A stretch of DNA of 64,000 nt from Phormidesmis sp. Lineage in GTDB: Bacteria; Cyanobacteriota; Cyanobacteriia; Leptolyngbyales; Leptolyngbyaceae. This document shows, in pieces, positions 20,707 through 30,567 of the stretch. Position 1 is the stretch's first letter. Every line of letters starts with the position of its first letter. A program made the translations under genes and the position numbers. The stretch is from assembly GCA_965248535.1 (NCBI GenBank), contig CBDFJR010000005.1, forward strand, positions 1,440,001-1,504,000, in the 5' to 3' direction. The notes below the pieces were generated by a model, which did no database searches, was not told where the DNA came from, and saw only the letters and a program-made list of their open reading frames with translations.

Positions 20707-20898
20707 TATTCAGTTGCTTCTCCAGGGGTGAGATCTTCGATTGTTTCAGTCAAGTAGAGGGCTGTCAACCGCTTCACAACTCCCTGAATTTTCGGCTATT
20801 GTGTCCAGATAAACACAAGGTTAAAATTTCTTACCTCAGACTGAGAATAATGGCTAAAAGTTTGCTAAACTTAACAAAACACCTCAGGAGACGTTCCT

Positions 20899-21069
20899 AT
20901 GCGCTACACCGTTGAAGAAGGCGGCCGCTTAAACAACTACGCGATCGAGCCTAAAATCTATGAAGCGACCCCTCCAACCGCCTCACAAAAGCGTAACTAT
21001 TTGATTCTAGGCACGGTTGGCGCGCTGTTGGTGGGTGGTCTGATCTTTGTTGCGGTTTCTGTCTCATAA
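20899..21069 (+). CDS. psb34: Photosystem II assembly factor Psb34 / Ssl1498-family protein (56 aa)
   Basis: MRYTVEEGGRLNNYAIEPKIYEATPPTASQKRNYLILGTVGALLVGGLIFVAVSVS; AGGAG RBS; below the ORF-track cutoff. Confidence 0.88.
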   Translation: MRYTVEEGGRLNNYAIEPKIYEATPPTASQKRNYLILGTVGALLVGGLIFVAVSVS

Positions 21070-21343
21070 GATTTTCACTTTAAAATATCCCCTTTACGAT
21101 CGCACCTCAGACTTTAGCGAGTTTGAGATAGCCAGGTTACTTACGCACAGTGAGCACCTGGCTTTTGCGTGCTCACCATCTCGCGATCGCATCCAGGGCC
21201 GCACAGACCGCTTAACATGGGGGATAGTTGCGTGTTTAGACAGTTTTTTAAGTGTCTATTCCATCCTGACCTCGGCAAAACCGAGTCGAAAAGAATGGCA
21301 TCTCAATCTACACCGTCATCTTGCGTGACATGGATGATCACTG

Positions 21344-23434
21344 ATGCCACTCGTTGATGCTCAACCTGCCTCTAGCAACCTAGTGACCGAGCTTGTTTCT
21401 CAAAATTTCTCAAGCTTAAACCAACCTATCTACTTGCGCTTGAGGCTGGCGCTGAGTCTAAACCTCCGTCGTCAGATTTTGATCGCAGTCTGTGATGATG
21501 TGCGGCTGCGCGATCGCTTTGCGACCCGACTTCAGGCAGATTTAGAAACCTCGCCGCTTAACTTTGAGCTTAAACCAAAACCTAGTTACAACAGTCAGAC
21601 AGACGACGTTCCCAAGTTAGTGACGCTCAATCTCAGTCTAGAAAACCCAGATGTCTTAGCGCAAATTCATCAGTGGCGATCGTCAAAACCCAGGCGCATG
21701 AAATCAGCCTTTGACCTGACTACCAGTTTTCAAATGGTTGGGGTTGAGTCTCTGACGCGTCAGCCTGTCCAGATTCAGCGTGAGTTTCTCAACTCATTGC
21801 AGCAATTAGCCGAGCAGTTAGCCACCGTAGACTTTAACCTAGTGCTCTGGGTGTCGCGCCCCTGGTGTCGAGCGATTTTGCAATCAGTGCCCGAATTTTG
21901 GCAGTGGCACACCGGAGTGTTTGAATTTGAAGGCGACCCAACCCCGGTTGGCACCGATCAGCGAGCCAGAAAAATCCGTCAACCCTCTACGCTTGCCTCT
22001 CAGCCCGCGATCGTCCAACTGTCTGCTCCCCTTCCCCAACCGTCTGCTCCTGTCTCAACGCGATCGCAAGCAGAACTCGATCTGGCTGATCTGGTTTTAG
22101 CGGCCGTCGAACAGGCCGTTTCCGAGTCTGACTCCAAGTCTTCTTTCAATCTAGAGCACACGGGTGAGCCGCTCCGCATCTTGCAACACGTAGAGGAATT
22201 GCACCGCGATCGGGCCCCTGCCGCCGTGCTTTCTTTGACCTATCAACAGCTAGGAGACTGCTATCGAGCGCAGGTTGAGCAGGGCAATTCATCGCTGCAA
22301 TGCCTGACGATCGCGTGTCTCGCCTATGAGCAAGGGCTGAGGTTTTTAGCGTCAGATTCGTCTGACCGTCCTGATCTGCTCAACGATATTGGCAGTCTTT
22401 ATTGGATGCTGTCTCGCCAATCGCCCGATCAGGCCCTGCCCAATTTAGAGAAAGCCATCAGCGCCTATCAATTGGCTTTAGAGCCGATCGATCCCGAAGC
22501 GCGATCGCAGACTTATGCCATGATTCAAAACAATTTGGGATCGGCTTACAGCGATCGGGCTTATCATCAAGATCCCGTCGAAAACTTGCAGCAAGCGATC
22601 AGCGCTTATCAACAGGCTCTGAAACATCGCCCGGCAAACGATGATCCCTCTCGCTATGCTGCAACGCAAAATAATCTGGGCACGGCTTTCTGGAATCTGG
22701 CTCAACACAAAGCATCGACTCTAAACTTGCAGTCGGCGATCGGGGCTTATATAGAAGCGCTCCATCACTATGACCCAGAGCTAGAGCCGCTGCACTATGC
22801 CATGATTCAAAACAACTTGGGCACCGCTTATTGGAATCTGTCTCAATGTCCACGTCATGAGCCGTCTGAACTGCTCAACGCCACCCCAGAAGACTTTTTG
22901 ATGCTGGCGATCACCGCCTATCGCATCGCTCTCATTTATCGCACGTTAGAAATAGTGCCTGCCGCCAATGCCGCCACGCAAAATAATCTGGGCACGGCCT
23001 ATTGGCATCTAGCAACCCTATCGTCTACTCACCCCGCCGATCGATCGCAGCATCTGCACAACGCAATCACGGCTTATAAAGACGCGATCGCCGCCGTCCA
23101 TGCTCTCTCATCGACCATTCCCTCCCCTATAGCCTTGACCTTTGATTTGTATGCAGCCCATAACAATTTAGGCTCGGCTTATCATCAGTTAGCCACTGAC
23201 GATCGCGCCGCTCTAGAGTCAGACACTCGATCGCACTATCTAGAAGCAGCCCTTTCTCACCAAGTGCAGGCTGTGCAAGGCTGGCAAGAAAACCCGGAGT
23301 TTTGTGAAAGTGCGATGGCCCATCTAGTTCAAACTGTGAGAACGCTGCACGATCGCCAGGGCATTCAAGGTCAAACCCTAGCATTTTCAAAGATTCCGGC
23401 GCAGTTGCTCCCCACGGTGATGAAGCAGATTTAG
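21344..23434 (+). CDS. Tetratricopeptide-repeat protein
   Basis: Repeated YA(M/A)(I/T)QNNLG(T/S)AY(W/S) TPR units. Confidence 0.85.
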   Translation: MPLVDAQPASSNLVTELVSQNFSSLNQPIYLRLRLALSLNLRRQILIAVCDDVRLRDRFATRLQADLETSPLNFELKPKPSYNSQTDDVPKLVTLNLSLENPDVLAQIHQWRSSKPRRMKSAFDLTTSFQMVGVESLTRQPVQIQREFLNSLQQLAEQLATVDFNLVLWVSRPWCRAILQSVPEFWQWHTGVFEFEGDPTPVGTDQRARKIRQPSTLASQPAIVQLSAPLPQPSAPVSTRSQAELDLADLVLAAVEQAVSESDSKSSFNLEHTGEPLRILQHVEELHRDRAPAAVLSLTYQQLGDCYRAQVEQGNSSLQCLTIACLAYEQGLRFLASDSSDRPDLLNDIGSLYWMLSRQSPDQALPNLEKAISAYQLALEPIDPEARSQTYAMIQNNLGSAYSDRAYHQDPVENLQQAISAYQQALKHRPANDDPSRYAATQNNLGTAFWNLAQHKASTLNLQSAIGAYIEALHHYDPELEPLHYAMIQNNLGTAYWNLSQCPRHEPSELLNATPEDFLMLAITAYRIALIYRTLEIVPAANAATQNNLGTAYWHLATLSSTHPADRSQHLHNAITAYKDAIAAVHALSSTIPSPIALTFDLYAAHNNLGSAYHQLATDDRAALESDTRSHYLEAALSHQVQAVQGWQENPEFCESAMAHLVQTVRTLHDRQGIQGQTLAFSKIPAQLLPTVMKQI

Positions 23435-23531
23435 CCAGATTCAGATCAGCCTCGACGAAATTTTAGATTAGCGATCGTCGTTTCGTCGTTGCAGGCAGCA
23501 TAATTTGCATAGCCATCTTTCTACTTTGCCC

Positions 23532-24431
23532 ATGCTTAACGAAAGCGAATACTTTGAAAAGGCCGAAGCTACACGAGTCCGGGTGCTGAGTGAGGCGCTG
23601 CCCTACATTCAACAATTTGCCGGACGCACGATCGTCGTCAAATACGGCGGCGCAGCCATGAAAGATGCTGCCCTCAAAGAAAAAGTCATCCGCGATGTCG
23701 TGTTTATGTCGTGCGTGGGGTTGCGCCCGGTGCTCGTGCACGGCGGCGGGCCTGAAATCAACTCATGGCTTGACAAACTAGGCATTGAGCCGCAGTTTAA
23801 AAACGGGCTGCGCGTCACCGATGCCGCCACAATGGATGTCGTCGAGATGGTGCTGGTCGGTCGCGTCAACAAAGAAATTGTCTCACTGATCAACCAGGCA
23901 GGCGGCTCGGCAGTCGGACTCTGCGGCAAAGATGCCAGTCTCATCACCGCCCGCCCTGCGGATGAAGAAGGCATCGGGTTTGTGGGCGAAGTCACTAACG
24001 TCAACATCCAGATTCTAGACTCGCTGGTTAAAACGGGTCACATCCCCGTCGTCTCTAGCGTCGCCGCCGATGAAACAGGACAGGCGTATAACATCAACGC
24101 CGACACCGTGGCCGGAGAGCTTGCCGCCGCCCTAGGGGCCGAAAAGTTAATCTTGCTCACCGACACAGCAGGAATTTTGCGTGACTATAAAGATGTCGCC
24201 ACCCTGATTCAACGGCTAGATATTCAAGACGCTCGGCGACTGATCGAAGACGGTGTGGTCTCTGGCGGCATGATTCCAAAGGTCAATTGCTGTGTGCGAT
24301 CGCTAGCCCAAGGCGTTCGGGCGGCCCACATTATCGATGGCCGCCTCCCCCACGCCCTGCTGCTTGAGATCTTCACCGATGCCGGGATCGGCTCAATGAT
24401 CGTCGCGTCTGAGTTTATGGGCAACCGTTAG
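23532..24431 (+). CDS. argB: Acetylglutamate kinase
   Basis: [32 protein letters not shown]. Confidence 0.97.
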   Translation: MLNESEYFEKAEATRVRVLSEALPYIQQFAGRTIVVKYGGAAMKDAALKEKVIRDVVFMSCVGLRPVLVHGGGPEINSWLDKLGIEPQFKNGLRVTDAATMDVVEMVLVGRVNKEIVSLINQAGGSAVGLCGKDASLITARPADEEGIGFVGEVTNVNIQILDSLVKTGHIPVVSSVAADETGQAYNINADTVAGELAAALGAEKLILLTDTAGILRDYKDVATLIQRLDIQDARRLIEDGVVSGGMIPKVNCCVRSLAQGVRAAHIIDGRLPHALLLEIFTDAGIGSMIVASEFMGNR

Positions 24432-24498
24432 GGAGCCACTAGAGAAGGAACTTTAAAGTTCGAGATTCTGAATTGCTGACCCTCCTCATCTGCACTCT

Positions 24499-25542
24499 AT
24501 GCCCAACTTTCTCTCACGCCTCAGTTATCCCATCGCCTCGATCAACTTGGCTCAACGGGTCAAGAGCCAAGAAGACAAGCTGCCTGTCAAAAATGAGGGC
24601 TGTCGATCGCTGTTTCTGCTGCACGCGGCTCCGACTTCTAAAGTCTGTTTATTTTTTCACGGCTTTACGGCGGCTCCCTACCAGTTTTTGCCGATGGGGC
24701 GCACGCTCTATCAGGCTGGCTATAACGTTCTGATTCCTCGGATGCCGGGTCACGGTCAGGCAGGTGACTGGAATCGCGACAACCCTCCCCCTCTGCCCAC
24801 CAGCGCCGACACCTATAAGCAATTTGGGCTGGATTGGCTGCAAAAAGCTCAGACTTTGGGCGATCGTGTCGTCGTTGGCGGTCTATCTGGCGGCGGCACT
24901 CTAGCAGCATGGCTGGCGATAGAGCGTGCTAAAGACATCGATCGGGCCCTGCTGTTTGCCGCCTATCTCAGCAGCAGTAACAAAGTGATCGATCTATTTG
25001 TCAAAACCTTCAACACTTATTTTGAATGGATTGATGACACCCCGCCTGAGAAAACCATTGGCTATAAAGGCTTTATGGTAGCGGCTCTGCGGGTCTATCT
25101 CGATATAGGCAAAGAGATTCTTCAGCGCTCAAAAGATCAGCCTTCTGCCCCGATGTTTATCGTTTCGACTGAGGCGGATAAAGCCGTCAGCAACCCCGAT
25201 CACCAGGCTCTATTTGAGAATATTGTCAAGCGACAGCCTAAATCTTGGTATTACGAGTTCGATCGCATCCTCAACATTCCGCACACGATGTTGACTAAAG
25301 CCGAGGGCAACAAATGGGAAAATCTGCTCAACGTCATGGCCAAAGCCTATGTGCAGAGCGATCTCACTTGGGCTGAAGTCGAAGAAATTGCCTATCGCAT
25401 GACCGATGGCAAGACCTTTAACCAGGTCGTTGCAGAATTGAAGGTCGGCGATCGGGCCTCCCCTGATATGCCCGCTTTCATCACTATGATGGATAAGCGA
25501 GCGATCGTGCTCAAACGCAATCCCAGTTTGGATCAGGTCTAA
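24499..25542 (+). CDS. Alpha/beta hydrolase (carboxylesterase-like)
   Basis: FFHGFTA, PRMPGHG, GLSGGG nucleophile elbow. Confidence 0.85.
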   Translation: MPNFLSRLSYPIASINLAQRVKSQEDKLPVKNEGCRSLFLLHAAPTSKVCLFFHGFTAAPYQFLPMGRTLYQAGYNVLIPRMPGHGQAGDWNRDNPPPLPTSADTYKQFGLDWLQKAQTLGDRVVVGGLSGGGTLAAWLAIERAKDIDRALLFAAYLSSSNKVIDLFVKTFNTYFEWIDDTPPEKTIGYKGFMVAALRVYLDIGKEILQRSKDQPSAPMFIVSTEADKAVSNPDHQALFENIVKRQPKSWYYEFDRILNIPHTMLTKAEGNKWENLLNVMAKAYVQSDLTWAEVEEIAYRMTDGKTFNQVVAELKVGDRASPDMPAFITMMDKRAIVLKRNPSLDQV

Positions 25543-25561
25543 ATCCTATTTGGAGGTGCCC

Positions 25562-26098
25562 ATGCTATCGACTCCCGATGCTCCCACCGTTTCTCTCGAA
25601 GAGTTTTTGGCAAACCCACCCGATCGCACAGAGTGGATCAATGGGCACCTCATCAAAAAACAAGCCATGACTGCAAAAACAGGACGAATTCAAGCCAGAC
25701 TCGCTCGTTATTGGGGCAACTACGCAGCCTCTAGTGGTCAAGGAGGAGAAGTGTATACCGAAACCTCGTGCCGAACGGTTGGACGAACCCGCTGCCCTGA
25801 TGTCGCCTATCTAACGCCCGATCTCGTGGCTGAATATGGCGATTTTAAGATTTTGCCCCGCAGTTTCTCGCTAATTGCTGAGGTGGTTTCGCCCAACGAT
25901 GAAGCCGAAGAGGTGTTCACCAAAGTTCGAGAATATCTTGCCTCTGAGTGCGAAGAGGTCTGGCTAGTGTTTCCAGATAGTCAGTGGGTGCTGGTGATCA
26001 CCAGTCAACAGCAGGAGTTACGGGGGCTAGAAGATGCCGCCACTACTCACAGCGTTTTGTCTGGTTTTAGCGTGGCGGTCAAAGAATTAATTGCCTGA
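25562..26098 (+). CDS. Uma2-family endonuclease-fold protein
   Basis: EWINGHL, RCPDVAY, IAEVVSPND, EEVWLV; GGAGG RBS. Confidence 0.88.
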   Translation: MLSTPDAPTVSLEEFLANPPDRTEWINGHLIKKQAMTAKTGRIQARLARYWGNYAASSGQGGEVYTETSCRTVGRTRCPDVAYLTPDLVAEYGDFKILPRSFSLIAEVVSPNDEAEEVFTKVREYLASECEEVWLVFPDSQWVLVITSQQQELRGLEDAATTHSVLSGFSVAVKELIA

Positions 26099-26182
26099 TG
26101 ACGACCCTGCCAGCCTAGAGAGGTGGAATTTGGTTCTCAGATATCCTAGGATGCAAGAGTAGCCACATCAATTCATAAACCT

Positions 26183-26719
26183 GTGAGTTCTGAACAGTTA
26201 GATCTTGCGACCACTGACTATGAAACCGGAAAACACGCCTTTGAGCGCGGTGAATACCGCAAGTCAGTGCAGTTTTTAGAACGCGCTAACGCTTTAGCCG
26301 AGCCAGGTTCGCGCTTTGGAGGAGAGGTGCAGATCTGGCTCGTGACGGCCTACGAAGCCGCCGGACAGCGATCGGACGCGATCGCCCTCTGCCAAAAAAT
26401 TAGTCGTCATCCTGACATTAAAACTCGCCAACAGGGTAAGCGACTGCTCTACATTCTTGAAGCCCCTAAGCTGCAAACTCGCCCTGAGTGGCTGACTGAG
26501 ATCCCTGATCTGTCATCGCTGTCAGACAGTGAAGCTAAAGACAATCGAGGCGTTTCTAAATTTGGCTCGGCGACTCCGCCCAAACTTACTCAAAAGCCCC
26601 GTCCGGCTATTCCAGAACCTGTGGATTTAAGTCAGGTCAATACCCAAGACAATTTCTTTATTTGGGTCGCGCTGATTGCCGCCGCTCTAGTCGTCGGTGG
26701 GCTGGCTTGGGCGAGTTAA
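26183..26719 (+). CDS. TPR-like protein with C-terminal TM anchor
   Basis: GKHAFERGEYR, GGEVQIWLVTAYEA, LYILEAPKL; hydrophobic C-terminus. Confidence 0.8.
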   Translation: MSSEQLDLATTDYETGKHAFERGEYRKSVQFLERANALAEPGSRFGGEVQIWLVTAYEAAGQRSDAIALCQKISRHPDIKTRQQGKRLLYILEAPKLQTRPEWLTEIPDLSSLSDSEAKDNRGVSKFGSATPPKLTQKPRPAIPEPVDLSQVNTQDNFFIWVALIAAALVVGGLAWAS

Positions 26720-26833
26720 GTTCTTTACTTAGACAATGCCAGGGTCATACCGAATCTTTTGCGGGCGATTTTGTAGCGAGTTGTGTTGGTTAACGCCTTA
26801 GCTGCTGCGATTTTTCTGAAAGTAGTGTTAGAT

Positions 26834-27679
26834 ATGATTGGACTCCCGACTCTGTTCACGATGCCTTACAGAATTGCCAGCGCTGTTTCCCTCACCGATC
26901 GCGCACTGCGTTTTTTGCGACAATCGAGCCTAATTTGGGTTCTCTTCGCTAGTTTGCTGCTGTCAGGCTGTGTAAAATCTGAGGTAGGCATCAATTTTGA
27001 AAGTCCTAATCGCGGCACGATCGTGCAGCACATTCGCCTTGATGAGCGACTGACCAGTTTTAGCAGTGGCACGGCTCAAAAATGGCTTGACGGCATTGAG
27101 AAACGAGTTCGCAGAATTCAGGGAAAAACTCGTCGCCTCTCAAACCAAGAGATTTTAGTCACGATTCCGTTTGGCAACGGTAGAGAATTAGAGACCAGAT
27201 TTAACGAATTTTTCAGCCCGATCGCTGATCTCCCTTCTCGCACTCGCAAAGAGTTTGACTTGCCCAAACTCGATTCTCATCTTAAAGTCCAAGAGGGCAA
27301 TTTCATTCTCCTACAGCGTCACCGCTTGATTTATGATCTAGACCTGCGATCGCTAGGAGTTCTTGCTCCAGATGGCAGTTTGCTGGCCAGTCCAGGTTCG
27401 CTATTAGAGCTAGAGTTTGGGCTGACTGCACCCTGGGGTGCGCGTAACGTCGGGACACGATCGCAGGTGGGCACCCCGATCGTGTCCCGACGAGAAGGCA
27501 AGCAGCTAATTTGGAAGCTGCAACCAGGGCAAAGCAACCATCTAGAAGCGATTTTTTGGCTCCCTAACCCGTTGGGCATCGGGGCGGCTGTGATTGGAGC
27601 GATCGTAGCAGGTGGAATCTATTTCAGACGCGCCATGCCCGCCGCGACGATTTCACCCCCTCTAGTGCCCAACTCCTAA
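26834..27679 (+). CDS. DUF3153-family lipoprotein
   Basis: Lipobox LLLSGC, YDLDLRSL, WKLQPG...WLPNPLGIG; start uncertain. Confidence 0.75.
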   Translation: MIGLPTLFTMPYRIASAVSLTDRALRFLRQSSLIWVLFASLLLSGCVKSEVGINFESPNRGTIVQHIRLDERLTSFSSGTAQKWLDGIEKRVRRIQGKTRRLSNQEILVTIPFGNGRELETRFNEFFSPIADLPSRTRKEFDLPKLDSHLKVQEGNFILLQRHRLIYDLDLRSLGVLAPDGSLLASPGSLLELEFGLTAPWGARNVGTRSQVGTPIVSRREGKQLIWKLQPGQSNHLEAIFWLPNPLGIGAAVIGAIVAGGIYFRRAMPAATISPPLVPNS

Positions 27680-27703
27680 CGATCCCCTCATCACCCTTAC
27701 CGG

Positions 27704-28795
27704 ATGTCTCGCCGTTCAGCCGACCTACAACGACTAATTATCTTAGGTCTGAGTGGGCCTATTGTTGCCCTCAACGTCTGGCTGGTAGCGTTGATGCTGC
27801 ACTATTTTGAGCATCTTGTGACGGTGCTGGTGGTGTCGGCAATTTTGGCGTTTTTGCTCAACTACCCCGTCGAGTTTTTTGAGCGGGCTAGAATCAGGCG
27901 CGTTGGGGCAGTGGTGATTGTGCTGCTGGTAGCCGTCACCATCTTGGTGATTTTAGGCGTGACGCTGGTGCCCGTTTTAGCCGCCCAGACCACCCAACTG
28001 CTCGAAAAAATTCCGGGTTGGCTAGAGGCAACTCGGCAAAATCTCGACTTCTGGGATGCTTGGGCAAAAACGCGCAGCTTTCCGATCGACCTCAAGAGCG
28101 CTGGCGGTCGAGTCAGCACCCAGATTGAGAACCAGATTCAAGAAGTCGCAACCCAAGCCCTCGGATTTGCCCTGGGAACCGTTTCTGGCTTGATCGACAG
28201 CATCTTAATCATTGTGTTGGCCTCCTATATGCTGCTCTATGGGGCGAGGCTCTGGCAGGGGTTGATCAATCTGCTGCCGCCCAAGTTTGGTATCCCCTTT
28301 AGTGAGTCGCTGCGGCAAAATTTTCACAATTTTTTTCTCAGTCAAATTCTGCTGGCGCTGTTTATGGCGGGCGGGCTGCTGCCGATTTTTTTGGTACTCA
28401 AGGTTCCCTTTACGCTGCTGTTTGCCCTGATCATCGGCATTGCAGAACTGATCCCCTTTATTGGGGCGGTGTTGGGCATCGGAGTGGTGACGATTTTAGT
28501 GATGTTTCAAAGTGTTTGGCTGGCGTTTCAAGTCGCGATCGCCGCCGTCATTTTGCAGCAAATCCGCGACAATGTGCTGGCTCCTAAAATGATGGGCGAG
28601 TTTACGGGGCTAAACCCTTTATGGATTTTTATCGCGCTGCTGATGGGGCTGCAAATCGGCGGTTTTTTGGGGGTGGTCGTGGCCGTGCCGATCGCAGGCA
28701 CCATCAAAGGCACGATCGACGCGATGCGAGGCGTTTCCCCCACCCAGGTGATTGTGACGGAGGTCGTTCATAAAGACTATCCGCCGATCGAGTGA
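27704..28795 (+). CDS. AI-2E family transporter
   Basis: AFLLNYPV, IPFIGA, QQIRDNVLAPKMMG, GLNPLW, multiple TM helices. Confidence 0.9.
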   Translation: MSRRSADLQRLIILGLSGPIVALNVWLVALMLHYFEHLVTVLVVSAILAFLLNYPVEFFERARIRRVGAVVIVLLVAVTILVILGVTLVPVLAAQTTQLLEKIPGWLEATRQNLDFWDAWAKTRSFPIDLKSAGGRVSTQIENQIQEVATQALGFALGTVSGLIDSILIIVLASYMLLYGARLWQGLINLLPPKFGIPFSESLRQNFHNFFLSQILLALFMAGGLLPIFLVLKVPFTLLFALIIGIAELIPFIGAVLGIGVVTILVMFQSVWLAFQVAIAAVILQQIRDNVLAPKMMGEFTGLNPLWIFIALLMGLQIGGFLGVVVAVPIAGTIKGTIDAMRGVSPTQVIVTEVVHKDYPPIE

Positions 28796-28891
28796 GTGAG
28801 GGAATGCTAAACTCGATTCCAGCTTCGATGCTCAAGCAATTTTCTATCAAAGACGGTGAACCTCTAGCTGCGTGATTGGAGACAACCCAAG

Positions 28892-29251
28892 ATGCGACAA
28901 GTTAATTTCTTAATCATTTTCGTGATCTGTTTAGCCCTCGTGTTGTTTGGCATTCAAAACACAGAACCAGCCGTGATTCGTGTCATCGAAGGCGTGCAGG
29001 TGCAGGCACCGCTCTCGATCGAGCTAATCTTAGCGATGGGAATCGGGGCAGTCATGGCCTGGGTATTTAGTGTCTGGAGTCAGATCCAGCGGATGTTAGA
29101 CACCCGCAAAGAGCTTCAGGTGCGAGAAGAACGCATTGATGAGCTTGAGCAAGATGTCGAACGCTATAAGGCAGAAATTCAGGAACAGCAGCGCTTATTG
29201 CCCCAGGGCATGACCCAAGATGCTGAGTCTACTGAAGTGTTTGCTCAATAA
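28892..29251 (+). CDS. LapA (DUF1049) family membrane protein
   Basis: LVLFGIQNT, two TM helices, coiled-coil tail. Confidence 0.8.
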   Translation: MRQVNFLIIFVICLALVLFGIQNTEPAVIRVIEGVQVQAPLSIELILAMGIGAVMAWVFSVWSQIQRMLDTRKELQVREERIDELEQDVERYKAEIQEQQRLLPQGMTQDAESTEVFAQ

Positions 29252-29270
29252 GTCAGGTCTGAGGGGCGGC

Positions 29271-29372
29271 ATGACCGATCCGGCTAGTCTTTGGAGTCTT
29301 GTGGTTCCGCTGCTGCTGCTAGGGCTGATTGTTCTGGCAGCCGGGTATTTTGTGCAGATCAAAATTAAGTAG
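29271..29372 (+). CDS. Putative 33-aa single-pass membrane micro-protein
   Basis: MTDPASLWSLVVPLLLLGLIVLAAGYFVQIKIK; GAGGGG RBS; fills the gap between lapA and scpA. Confidence 0.6.
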   Translation: MTDPASLWSLVVPLLLLGLIVLAAGYFVQIKIK

Positions 29373-29425
29373 TCGATTCCGCAAGATCGTGTCACCATAA
29401 AGCATTCACCCCTCCCCTTGCCTCC

Positions 29426-30277
29426 ATGACCCTTTCTTTAGCACAGGATGCGATCGCCCTCCTGATTGACCTGGCAGAACAGGGAGAGATCGACCCTTGG
29501 GATGTCAAGGTCATTGATGTCATCGATCGGTTTTTGAGCGAGTTGACTCCCGCAGCGATCGCCGGTCGAGAGCACTATGAGTCTAATCTCTCTCAGTCGG
29601 GGCAGGCGTTTCTCTACGCCTCGATGCTGCTGTTGCTCAAAGCCGATAGCTTGACCCAGCCCGAAGCGATCGTGGCCGACCTTGAGGAGTTCGACGGGGC
29701 AGACTTGCTCGACGGGGCGGTTGCGGGTGAAGCCTTGCCACCTCACTTAGAGCGTCAACTGCGGCGCAGAGCCGTAGCGCGACCGCCTCAAAAGCGGCGA
29801 GTCACCCTCAAAGAACTCATCGACCAGCTACAGCTAATCGCCACCACCCTAGAAGATGCCACGCCGCGCAGTCGATTGCGTCGCCCCAAACCTCAGTCTC
29901 GCGCTCAGGCCGTGCGAACGATCGCCGAACTCGCTCACCAAGAAAATCTCTCAGAAATGGCGGTCGCGATCGAGCAATTCTTTCACGACTATTGGACAGA
30001 AGTGGCCCAAGATAAAGAATGGATCGACTTCGATCTAGTGCTAGAGTTTTGGGTCGCCTTAAAAGATCAAAAACCTAAAGGAAGCGAAGAAAATCTCCAC
30101 GACGCTCACCCCAATCATGAGCGAGTCGGCGTATTTTGGGCACTGCTGCTGCTGTCGGCGCAAAACAAAGTCGAGCTAGCTCAAGAAGAATTTTACCAAG
30201 ATTTAAAAATTCGCTCTCTGCTGCAACTTGCCCAATCGGGACTGAGCGAACTTTCTGCAAGCGTTTTGCTCGATTGA
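29426..30277 (+). CDS. scpA: Segregation/condensation protein A
   Basis: GEIDPWDV.VIDVIDRF, SGQAFLYASML, VGVFWALLLLSAQNKVEL.Q. Confidence 0.9.
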   Translation: MTLSLAQDAIALLIDLAEQGEIDPWDVKVIDVIDRFLSELTPAAIAGREHYESNLSQSGQAFLYASMLLLLKADSLTQPEAIVADLEEFDGADLLDGAVAGEALPPHLERQLRRRAVARPPQKRRVTLKELIDQLQLIATTLEDATPRSRLRRPKPQSRAQAVRTIAELAHQENLSEMAVAIEQFFHDYWTEVAQDKEWIDFDLVLEFWVALKDQKPKGSEENLHDAHPNHERVGVFWALLLLSAQNKVELAQEEFYQDLKIRSLLQLAQSGLSELSASVLLD

Positions 30278-30567
30278 GAGGCCGAGGTGGGCAAACTGGG
30301 GACGTTAAACCTGGCGATCGCAGCTTCGTCTAATTCGTTTTTTGGGACAAATGGCGGAATTAATCGGACTAAACCTTGCGAGTGTGTCACTTCTTACTCA
30401 GAACCGTTATAGTCACAAAAGGTTACGTCAAGGTCTGGTATTGCCGATCTTCTGTTTAAACCTTAGACTTGCCTCAGATTGATTAAGATTCAGTGCGGGT
30501 TGGAGATTCCTCCCGTCCAAGGCTCAAACGCTTGCAATATATCGGTGTAGGGTAGAGAGAACAATCT

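Noticed and set aside
20819..20880. HLR1 (RpaB) site upstream of psb34
   Set aside because: Only weak matches to the direct-repeat consensus.
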